From an uncultured Chloroflexia bacterium (lineage in GTDB: Bacteria; Chloroflexota; Limnocylindria; Limnocylindrales; CSP1-4), in assembly GCA_963819655.1 (NCBI GenBank), contig CAWFXA010000002.1:1696001-1760000 (forward strand): a stretch of DNA of 64,000 nt, given 5' to 3'. Shown piece after piece: positions 42,377-50,519 of this stretch. The position numbers and the translations under genes were made by a program. A model generated the notes under the pieces. That model worked only from the letters and a program-made list of their open reading frames with translations, had not been told where the DNA came from and did no database searches. Each line of letters begins with the position of its first letter. Within the stretch, counting starts at the first letter, position 1.

Positions 42377-42471
42377 ATCGATCGAAGCACGCGGCGGCGG
42401 CCCGAGCGGCTGCCGTCGCTTCTGTGTGTCGTTCGCGTTGGCGGCGGCGTCCGATGCCGTCCAGGATCCGA

Positions 42472-44019
42472 CTACTGGCCGCAAGCTGTGGGCTCGTGCG
42501 GCTCGACCCGGAGTACCTGTCGGGTGACCACCGCGGATGGTCCGCCCTGGGCGACCCGGACGGTGAGGAACGGCTCGATACGGAAGGCCGCCCGCGTCGC
42601 CGGAAGGTCGCGATCCCTGAGCCGAAGGATGAACACGGGACGCTCGCAGACCAGCGACTCGATCCGCCGCTCGCGAGTGGCCCATCCCTCGTAGACGATG
42701 TTCGTGTCGTCGACGATAAGGACGTCAGGTCGGCGACCAAGGACGTATCGCGCGTGCCACAGCGGCGTGGATACGTCCCATTCGGTCAGGATCACCGCGT
42801 CTGGCGGCAGCGCGTCGAGGACCGCGTCGACGAACGTCTCGGCACTTCGATCGCTGCTTCGATCCGATGCCTGCCAGTTGGTCACCGCGAGGCCGATGGT
42901 GAACACCAGAGCGATCGCGCCGACAAGCCTGCCGGGGTCGAGTCCTCGTGGCCAGGCCTGCCGCGTGGCCAGGGCACGTGCGGCCGCCTCGATGGCGACT
43001 CCCGCCCCGATCGCCAGCACGAGCCAGGGTACGAGGAGGTAGTGCTCGAGGCGCAGGTAGGTCGCCCAAAAGTAGACATGCGCCGACATGATGGCAACGC
43101 ACAACAGTGCGAATGCCGGTCGCTGGCGGACGAGCACGACCAGACCGAGGAAGCCGAGGATCGGCATGACCGGTGTTGCCCGGTCCGCGAGCACCCGCCA
43201 GAGCGCGGTCAGCGACCCCTGGAGATCGAGCAGTCCGCTCGTCGACAGGAACCCGAACTGATCGCGGAACTGGGTCCCGCCGACAAGCCATAGGACCGCG
43301 TCGAGCGTCACCGGGTGGTTGTACGAGAGTGGTGGCGACGAGGACGCGGCGAGGGGTATGTACAGGTAGGTGGCGAGACCCACGAGTCCCGCCGCGGCGG
43401 CGGCCAGCAGCATCGTTGGCCTGGCGACGATCTCACGCCGCCCGACCCAGAGGACGAAGAACGCCAGGCACGGCGCCACGAACACCGTCAGGAGGTGATT
43501 GCCGAGGGCCAGCCCCAACAGGAGCGCGCCGATGAGGAGATCACGGAGCGATCGGCGCTCCTCCCAGAGGAGGGCGCGGTGGAGGAGCAGGGCCACGAAC
43601 AGCAGGTGCAGCGGGTTGACCTCGGCAACCGTCGCTGCGGACCAGACGGTCCGGACGGCTCCCAGCGACAGCGCCGCGGCGACGGCGATGAGGGGGCGGG
43701 CGCCAAGGCGGAGGAGGATCGAGACGGTGACGGCGAGAGCGCCCGAGACGAGCACGGCCGACAGGAGATTTGCCCGGAACGCGATCGACCCGAGCGGAAC
43801 CAGCTGCGCGAGCCAGGACGCGATGATGTAGGTCGGGTAGCCCGTCGGATGGGCCACGCCAAGCACGTGCGGGACCGTCTGCATCTCGCCCCAGTCGCCG
43901 AAGGCCATGCCAGGCAGCATCGTCCGCGCGTAGACGACGAAGGCGATCACGCCAACGATCGCGGGTGGCATCCACCACGGGGCCGAAGCCACGGTGGGGC
44001 TGGTCGGTCGCCAGGCCAT
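42472..44019 (-). CDS. DUF2723 / TMEM260-like GT-C glycosyltransferase
   Basis: GDWGEMQ, GVAHPTGYPTY, AFRANLLSA, WSAATVAEV, GLALGNH, YLYIPL; many TM helices. Confidence 0.85.
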   Translation of the reverse strand: MAWRPTSPTVASAPWWMPPAIVGVIAFVVYARTMLPGMAFGDWGEMQTVPHVLGVAHPTGYPTYIIASWLAQLVPLGSIAFRANLLSAVLVSGALAVTVSILLRLGARPLIAVAAALSLGAVRTVWSAATVAEVNPLHLLFVALLLHRALLWEERRSLRDLLIGALLLGLALGNHLLTVFVAPCLAFFVLWVGRREIVARPTMLLAAAAAGLVGLATYLYIPLAASSSPPLSYNHPVTLDAVLWLVGGTQFRDQFGFLSTSGLLDLQGSLTALWRVLADRATPVMPILGFLGLVVLVRQRPAFALLCVAIMSAHVYFWATYLRLEHYLLVPWLVLAIGAGVAIEAAARALATRQAWPRGLDPGRLVGAIALVFTIGLAVTNWQASDRSSDRSAETFVDAVLDALPPDAVILTEWDVSTPLWHARYVLGRRPDVLIVDDTNIVYEGWATRERRIESLVCERPVFILRLRDRDLPATRAAFRIEPFLTVRVAQGGPSAVVTRQVLRVEPHEPTACGQ

Positions 44020-44033
44020 GCCCGGAACTCCGC

Positions 44034-44708
44034 CTAGCGGCGGCGGTCGAGGCCGTCCAGGATCAGGTCGAGGCCGAATTCGAACTCGACGTCATCGTCG
44101 CACGCGCCGAGGACGCCGTCGTGACTCACTGACCGGGCGAGGTCGGTGATGCGCGGGAATCGGTCGGCCATCATGCCGGCGAGGATCGCGTCGTCCTGGG
44201 GGCCCGGGCCTGACGCGGCAGCGTCCTCGAAGAGGTCCTGGCTGAAGCCCAGGATGCGGCTGCCCATGACGTGGATCGCGTGGTGGGCCATCTCGATCGA
44301 GAACCCGCCAGCGTGGAGCTTCGCCAGCACCGATTCGATGTAGGCGAGCATCGTCGGACTGACATTCGTCTGGTCCTCGATGACCCGCGGCGCCCACGGA
44401 TGGCGTTGCATCACCTGTCGTGCATTCATCACCTGCTGGCGGAGGGCCGTCTTCCAGGCGCCGTCCGAGGGCACAGGCACGGCCTCGATCTCAGCGAGGA
44501 TCGCATCGACGAGGCCGTCGAGGACGTCCTCCTTGTTGCGGACGTGTCGATAGAGTGCCATCGCATCGACACCGAGCTCCTGACCGAGCTTGCGCATGCT
44601 GAGGGCTTCGATGCCGCCGCGGTCGGCGAGGTCGACCGCGGCATGGAGCACGCGCTCCTTGGTCAGGGGCGCACGAGGCTCGGCTTTCGCTCCTGCCTGG
44701 CTCACCAT
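44034..44708 (-). CDS. TetR family regulator (TetR_C type)
   Basis: LSMRKLGQELGVDAMALYRHVRNKE, FEFGLDLILDGL. Confidence 0.93.
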   Translation of the reverse strand: MVSQAGAKAEPRAPLTKERVLHAAVDLADRGGIEALSMRKLGQELGVDAMALYRHVRNKEDVLDGLVDAILAEIEAVPVPSDGAWKTALRQQVMNARQVMQRHPWAPRVIEDQTNVSPTMLAYIESVLAKLHAGGFSIEMAHHAIHVMGSRILGFSQDLFEDAAASGPGPQDDAILAGMMADRFPRITDLARSVSHDGVLGACDDDVEFEFGLDLILDGLDRRR

Positions 44709-44741
44709 CTCGATCGATCCACCTCGAACTTGCCCGCGGCC

Positions 44742-44794
44742 TTGACGCGAGGTCACCGGGCCGCTATGTTTACGCCGTAGTCTACACCGTAGAC
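44742..44794 (+). promoter_or_regulatory. Sigma70 promoter TTGACG-N17-TATGTT with tandem TetR operators
   Basis: GTTTAC-GCC-GTAGTC at 44768-44782 and the perfect GTCTAC-ACC-GTAGAC at 44780-44794. Confidence 0.72.
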
Positions 44795-44821
44795 ACGACC
44801 CACAGGTCCTGGAGGTTCCCG

Positions 44822-45487
44822 ATGACACAGCAACAGGCGATCGACACGCCCCGCATGCCACCCCGCTGGGTGATCAAGACCATCTGGAGCCTGCATCGCG
44901 CAGCCTACTCGGTCACCGGTGGGAGGTTCGGTCTGCGGACCCCGTCCGCCGAGCGGTGGGGGATGCTTCGACTGACGACCGTCGGGCGGCGCACCGGCCA
45001 GCGACGCGTCGCCATCCTCGGCTACCTGGAGGACGGCGACAACCTCATCACGCCGGCCATGAACGGTTGGGCCGACCCCGAGCCCGCCTGGTGGCTCAAC
45101 CTGCAGGCGAACCCGGCCGCGACGGTCGAACTGCCCGGTGGGCGGCGAGAGGTCACGGCGCGTATCGCCACGGCCGATGAGCGTCCGCGCCTCTGGTCGA
45201 TGCTCAAAGGGCTCGGCTCGGCGGCCTACACCGATGCCAGCGCCGCTCTCCGGTCGCGCGAGACCGCGATCGTCATGCTCGAGCCGCGCACTAACCGAGG
45301 CAACGCGACCGCGGCGCCTCGCCGCCGGCAACCGCATCCCTGCTTGCATTATACCTGCATTAGCAGCATAATGCTGCCATGCCGTCCATCACTGTTCGCA
45401 ACGTCCCTGCTGATGTGCGCGACGAGCTGGCCGCCCGGGCCGCTCGCGCGGGTCGATCGCTACAGGAGCATCTGCGCACCGAACTGA
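44822..45487 (+). CDS. Deazaflavin (F420)-dependent nitroreductase family protein; 3' end doubtful
   Basis: LTTVGRRTGQRR, NGWADPEPAWWLNLQANP, R...IVMLEPR; family similarity ends near 45290 but the frame runs on into the antitoxin. Confidence 0.8.
   Translation: MTQQQAIDTPRMPPRWVIKTIWSLHRAAYSVTGGRFGLRTPSAERWGMLRLTTVGRRTGQRRVAILGYLEDGDNLITPAMNGWADPEPAWWLNLQANPAATVELPGGRREVTARIATADERPRLWSMLKGLGSAAYTDASAALRSRETAIVMLEPRTNRGNATAAPRRRQPHPCLHYTCISSIMLPCRPSLFATSLLMCATSWPPGPLARVDRYRSICAPN
45344..45377 (+). promoter_or_regulatory. Toxin-antitoxin operon promoter TTGCAT-N17-CATAAT with palindromic operator
   Basis: GCAGCAT-A-ATGCTGC at 45363-45377 overlaps the -10 box; ATG 6 nt downstream. Confidence 0.7.
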
Positions 45488-45612
45488 TCGAGCTGGCGCG
45501 CAAGCCCTCCGTCGAGGACGTCATCTGGCGCGCTCGCTCGCGAACGCGCATCACGTCCTCGAACCTGACGGCGGCCCGGATCCTCGATCACCGGGATGCC
45601 GACCGCAGGTGA
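45379..45612 (+). CDS. FitA-like ribbon-helix-helix antitoxin
   Basis: ITVRNVPADVRDELAARAARAGRSLQEHLR; overlaps the toxin start. Confidence 0.88.
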   Translation: MPSITVRNVPADVRDELAARAARAGRSLQEHLRTELIELARKPSVEDVIWRARSRTRITSSNLTAARILDHRDADRR

Positions 45613-46007
45613 CCCTGGTGGTCGATGCCAGTGCTGTCGTGGCCGCGCTGGTGGACGGTGGTCCAGTTGGAGAATGGGCCGGAGCGGAGCTAGCAAGAGG
45701 GGGCCTCGCTGCCCCGCACCTGATGCCTGTCGAGGTGGCGAATATCCTGCGGCGCGCCGCTCTCGCCGGAGAGCTCACAGCCGATATTGCTTCCCAGGCT
45801 CACGATGATCTGGTACTGCTTCGGGTGGATCTCTTCCCGTATGAGCCACATGCGCGGCGTGTCTGGCAGCTCCGGGACAACCTGACCGCTTACGACGCGT
45901 GGTACGTGGCCGTGGCGGAGGATCTGGGCGCGCCGCTCGTGACGCTCGATGGGCGCATCGCTCGCGCACCAGGACCGCGATGCGACGTGCGGTTGCCGCC
46001 AGGATGA
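45609..46007 (+). CDS. vapC: VapC-family PIN-domain toxin
   Basis: VVDASAVV, APHLMPVEVANILRR, NLTAYDAWYVAVAE, LVTLDGRI. Confidence 0.92.
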   Translation: MTLVVDASAVVAALVDGGPVGEWAGAELARGGLAAPHLMPVEVANILRRAALAGELTADIASQAHDDLVLLRVDLFPYEPHARRVWQLRDNLTAYDAWYVAVAEDLGAPLVTLDGRIARAPGPRCDVRLPPG

Positions 46008-46018
46008 TGACCAAGCCC

Positions 46019-46078
46019 TGATGCACAGATCTTGGCGTCGGGCGAGGGTTGGTCGACCGATGCGCATGGGCCGCATGA
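46019..46078 (+). repeat. 60-bp REP-like element
   Basis: TGATGCACAGAT...CGATGCGCATGGGCCGCATGA. Confidence 0.75.
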
Positions 46079-46102
46079 TGGGTGCCACGGCCTGGAATCG
46101 AT

Positions 46103-46129
46103 GAAGCCCGGCGGGGTCCGCCGGGCTTC
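46103..46129. terminator. Hairpin terminator between convergent genes
   Basis: GAAGCCCGGCGG-GGT-CCGCCGGGCTTC. Confidence 0.65.
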
Positions 46130-46150
46130 GGTCGATCGATCAGTCGAGGT

Positions 46151-46483
46151 CTAGTAGCTGCGCTGCTTCGAGAAGCAGTCGCTGCAGTAGACCGGCTTGG
46201 TGCCGTTCGGTCGGAACGGGACCTGCGCCTCGCGGCCGCAGCTCGCGCACGTCGCGCTGAACATCTCTCGAGGCGCGCGGTCGTAACCGCCGCTCGAGTA
46301 CCCGCCGCCAGTGGCACCGCCCGCATCGCCGCGCGCTGCCTTGCGGCTGGCGCGACAGGACGGACAGCGACGCGGCTCGCTGAACTGTCGATCTGCGTAG
46401 AACTGCTGCTCGCTCGCGGTGAACGCGAACTCCTGCCCGCAGTCGCTACAGGTCAAGGTCTTGTCTGTGGTCGTCGAAAACAT
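46151..46483 (-). CDS. Zinc-ribbon protein with CxxC-x17-CxxC domain
   Basis: DKTLTCSDCGQEFAFTASEQQFY...PRRCPSCR, Gly-rich linker, MFSATCASCG...VPFRP...PVYCSDCF. Confidence 0.92.
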   Translation of the reverse strand: MFSTTTDKTLTCSDCGQEFAFTASEQQFYADRQFSEPRRCPSCRASRKAARGDAGGATGGGYSSGGYDRAPREMFSATCASCGREAQVPFRPNGTKPVYCSDCFSKQRSY

Positions 46484-46488
46484 GAAAA

Positions 46489-46599
46489 CACTCCATCTCG
46501 TGCGGCTTCAGCGAACCTGTCTCGCCGAAACCAGAGAGGAGTGGTCGTGTTGCCGCGTATCGTTGGCGCTCGAAACCGGCGCCGGTCGACAGTCTAGCA
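46489..46599 (-). promoter_or_regulatory. Extended -10 promoter (TGCTAGACT) and structured 5' UTR sequestering the RBS
   Basis: -10 box at 46591-46596; hairpin CACTCC-TCTC-T-GGTTTCGGCGA ... TCGCTGAAGCC-GCAC-GAGA-T-GGAGTG at 46543-46489. Confidence 0.6.
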
Positions 46600-46786
46600 G
46601 GTTTCGTAGCCTGAGGCGAACGTGCGTTCGATAGCTGTGCGCCCGAGAGCGGGACCTTCGGCGGAGCGACCGGGTACCACTCGGGCCGAGTCGTGGCAAC
46701 CCGATCGCGAGACCATCTGCTTGCTCGCCGATCGGGTCCGGGGCCGTACGCATTTGCGAGCGTACTCAGGAGGCACGCGCCCCGGC

Positions 46787-47323
46787 ATGTACCAGGAACC
46801 GCAAGCCGACGACGTCGAGGTCAAGACGGTCGGGGCTGGCAACGACGGCCTGCCCGCTGCACCTTCGGGCTGGACCGACCCGCTGACCGGAACGGATGGG
46901 CCGCGTCTATGGGATCGAGTCGTCTCGAGTGAGGTTGCTCGGGTCAGTCGCTATCACCGGCCGGCCACGGTGGTGCTCGTCGACGTCGCGGGCCTTGACG
47001 ACTTCGCCCGGGCGTGGGGGACCGACGTTGCGGAACGGCTCCTAATCCAGCTCGCGCGGACGATGTCCGTGGAAAGCCGCTCGAGCGATCACATCGCGCG
47101 GATCGATCGCACACGGTTCGCCATCCTCCTGACGGAAACCGACGAGATCGCCGCGATCAATTTCGTTGAACGTGTGCGCGCCGCGTGTGAATCCGTGCTC
47201 CGCGCGCCGGAGCTCGTGAGGATCGGCATCGGATGGGCCAGCCCCGCCGGATCGACGGACTTGCGGGCGGCCATCGACGTCGCCGAGGCTCGTGTCGCCG
47301 ACGAGCTCGAGAAGCCCAGCTAA
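46787..47323 (+). CDS. Stand-alone degenerate GGDEF-domain protein
   Basis: TDPLTG, R.HRPATVVLVDV, RSSDHIARIDRTRFAILL (GGDEF replaced, RxxD retained). Confidence 0.8.
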   Translation: MYQEPQADDVEVKTVGAGNDGLPAAPSGWTDPLTGTDGPRLWDRVVSSEVARVSRYHRPATVVLVDVAGLDDFARAWGTDVAERLLIQLARTMSVESRSSDHIARIDRTRFAILLTETDEIAAINFVERVRAACESVLRAPELVRIGIGWASPAGSTDLRAAIDVAEARVADELEKPS

Positions 47324-47428
47324 GGCTCGACGCTCGTCAAGCATGAGAACGGCCCAGCGGCTCGTGAGGGCTAGCGGGACCGTGTTCCCTCGGGTGAGCG
47401 AGGCTAGCCCGTGACGTGCCGGCTGACG

Positions 47429-49247
47429 TCAGCGTCGAGCCGACACCGTGGACGCCGCATTCGTGGCGAATGCGTGCAAGACAAGCTGGTGCCGTCCACC
47501 CTTCGGATCGATCGCAACGATCGGTTCGCCGGACGTCGTGACGTGGCGCCCCGTTCTGTCGGTCACCTCGAAGCGGCCCCCGCGGAGTCGGCGGACACGG
47601 ATGTCCGGTTTCGGACCTCGAGCGGCAACGATCCCGGTGACCTGCCTGCTGTCCGGGTCGCGCACGAATTTGATGCCCATGCGCGACCTATGTCCGAGGT
47701 TGGCGGTGTGAACGACATCGACCAATGCGACGACGTACCCGCGCCTTCGCTCCCGGTACAGGGCGACGAGTCGCCATCAGTACCCCGCCCACCAGCACGA
47801 CGCCGAGGATGCCGAGGATCGGCTGGAGAAGAGGGTCGCACTCGACGGCCGATCCGCATGGCATGACGGCATCCGACACCGCCGATGCCTCGCTCATCCC
47901 GACGGCATTTGCGGCGTACGCGCGGCAGATGTACTGCGCGCCGTTCGTCAGGCCACCGATCCGTGCCGTCGTGTCGACCGATCCCACCTCGGCTGCCCGA
48001 GACCATGTGACGCCGCCGTCGCCTGAACATTCGTAGCGGTATGCGGACACGCCCGGCGCGGCAGCCGGGGTGACAATGATCCGCAGCGAGCGGTCCAATG
48101 CTTCGACCGATGGCTTCCCAGGCGCCGCCGGTCGTGCCATCGGCGCGACCGCAGTCGTCGCGGCGTCCACGTCGCCTCAGACGCCGAGCCCACCGCCGCG
48201 ACCTCGCATTGGTACGTCAGCCCGTTCGTCAGTCCATCGACGATGGCTCTGGTCTGGAGCGAGACGACTTCATTCGCCTCGATCCACTCCCCGGCATCGG
48301 CGCGGCAGCGGGCCCGGTAGTCGACGACCGGCGCAGATGCGGATGTCGCTGACAGGCGGGGCCCAGCTCAAGCGATCGCGCCGTCGCGGGCCGTGAGCTG
48401 GATGCCCCGCACGGCGCCGACACTGGGGGCAGGAACGGCGGGTAGGCGGCTCGACGGTGAAGGTGCAGGTGGCATTCTGGAGCGCCACCGCGACGGCATT
48501 GCCCGCCTCGCCGGGTGACTTGAAGACGACCTGGGGCCAGTCGAACGTACTCCCGCTGACGCACGGGGGCATGTCGCTGACGACCCGCATGCCGACGAGA
48601 CCGTTCTCGAGAGCATCGCGCCTCGTCGGGTCGAGGCCCATGCCGACTGGCAACAGCGCGAACGGCGAGCGGCTACCGAAGAGCCGGTCGCGAACGACTC
48701 GTACCTGGCCGGCAGGCACGCCTCGAACGTCATGCTTGCCGTCGGTGAACAGGATCAGCGCCGGTCGGACCGCGTCCGGCGGAAGGTGCTTCGCCGCTTG
48801 GTTCATCGCCGCGACGTAGTTCGTGTCGATCCCGATCTTCCGGGTGAGCGCGGGATCGAGCCCTTTCCGGTACGCCCGCGCGACCGATCTCAAACAGCCG
48901 GCGAACTGGGCGACGGCCGGCGAGCTGCCGAGGAGCTTCACATCGGCGCAACTGGGGTAGTCGGCGGCCTTCGCGGCGAACTGGACGATCGACACGGTGG
49001 TGTCGCCGGCGATGAGGTCAGACGACGTTTCTTCGACCCGATCCGCGATTCGCTCGAGGGCGGCCCCGAAGCGGTTCCGGTCTGCCGGCTCGTCGAGGAT
49101 CGAGGCCGAGAAATCGAGGACGAGGACGACATCGGACGGATCCGGCGCCGGCAGTGCGCGGACGGTCGATATCGGGGCGCCGCCGATCAGCAGCACCGCG
49201 ATGGCGGTCGTGACGACGGCTCGTCTCCGCCGGTCGAGGCGACTCAA
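47429..49247 (-). CDS. Exported vWA + fibronectin type III membrane protein; several frameshifts
   Basis: Signal peptide, MIDAS DFSAS and FTDG; FN3-like GLTNGAQYICRAYAANAVGMS; TM helix ILGILGVVLVGG; pieces in different frames with breaks near 48420-48170 and 47770; start uncertain. Confidence 0.7.
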
Positions 49248-49505
49248 TCCTTGACCCCCCAGTGCGCTCGTGCGGGCAAGCCCCGCCGACCGCTCGTCGT
49301 TGGAGCGAAGCCCCAGTGTCCTGTCCTTCGGGGTGTCGCTGAGGCTTCGCGGTATCGACGATGCATCGCGCGCCCGGTCCCAGCAATACCCGAACGAAAG
49401 TACTGGGTGCATCTGTGCACCGAGTCGACCGACTGCTGGCTACCAGCCACGTCGTACCCTGTGGTCAGTCGGGCGCGCGAGCACGGCGAACGGGGGAGCG
49501 GGCGA

Positions 49506-50459
49506 ATGCCCAAGCAGATCGTCTACGTCCACGGTGCCGGACCGCAGAAGCCGGCATCGGCTCTCAAGCACGACATCGACATGGCCCTGTTCGGCACGGA
49601 CATGTCGACCACCTCGCGCATCGGGTACTACGCGAACGTGCGCTGGCCGTCAGCCGCCGCTCCCGCCGGCCCGGCGCTCGCCGCCGCGGTGAGGGGCGCC
49701 AGTCGGGCCCGCCGCTCGAAGGCGATCAAGGCAGCGACGGATCCCACCCTGAGCGCCAACGACGCCGCGAACGAGATCGTCAACGCCACGCTACGCGGCC
49801 CGGGCGCCGGCGCGGCAACAGCCGCCGGGGCCGGCGTATCGACCGCCGAGATCGCGCAGGCGAAGCGACTCGTCCGGCAGCTCTACCGGACCGCCGACCG
49901 CATCGCCGCGCGATCGGCTGCACCCGAACCACGACCCGGTCTCGCGCTCGGACCGACCTTCCCCGACCCGATCTTTCGGTTCCTGGTCGGCAGGTTCGCG
50001 AGCGACGTCATCGACTACCTGTACGGGCCGTTCAAGCCGCTGATGCAGGCGCCCGTGTTCGACGCCCTCAAGAAGACACCACGACCCAAGGTCGTCCTGG
50101 CCCACAGTCTCGGCACGATCATCACGTACGACGTCCTGACCGACCCGTCGATGACCGGCCTGAGCGACGTCACGCTGGTCACCATCGGCTGCCCGCTCGG
50201 CATCGGTAACGTCCAAAACCGGCTGCGCAACGGCGCCGGCCGACCGAACCCCATCCCCAACGGGATCACGGCGTGGTCCAACTTCGCCGACCGCTTCGAC
50301 CCGGTCGCTATCGACCAGACGATGCGTGACGAGTTCGAGCCGCCCAAGAACCTGCCAAGGGATGAGCAGGTCAACAACCCGGCCTCTGACAACCACGAGT
50401 TGTTTGGCTACCTGTCCGTCCTGCTGGTCCGCGACACCATCGTGGCCGCCGCGCGGTAG
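49506..50459 (+). CDS. Cytoplasmic alpha/beta hydrolase (lipase-like)
   Basis: YVHGAG oxyanion motif, AHSLG nucleophile elbow, TIGCPL, NFADRFDPVA, NHELFGYL; no signal peptide. Confidence 0.82.
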   Translation: MPKQIVYVHGAGPQKPASALKHDIDMALFGTDMSTTSRIGYYANVRWPSAAAPAGPALAAAVRGASRARRSKAIKAATDPTLSANDAANEIVNATLRGPGAGAATAAGAGVSTAEIAQAKRLVRQLYRTADRIAARSAAPEPRPGLALGPTFPDPIFRFLVGRFASDVIDYLYGPFKPLMQAPVFDALKKTPRPKVVLAHSLGTIITYDVLTDPSMTGLSDVTLVTIGCPLGIGNVQNRLRNGAGRPNPIPNGITAWSNFADRFDPVAIDQTMRDEFEPPKNLPRDEQVNNPASDNHELFGYLSVLLVRDTIVAAAR

Positions 50460-50519
50460 AGCACCGATGGAACTCGGCGCCAAGTTCGTTCCGGCCGGGC
50501 AGGACGGGAAGTACGGGAG

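Noticed and set aside
21926-46078. Canonical integron attC sites
   Set aside because: The 60-bp elements lack RYYYAAC/GTTRRRY ends, occur in both orientations, and no integrase is present; only the analogy is kept
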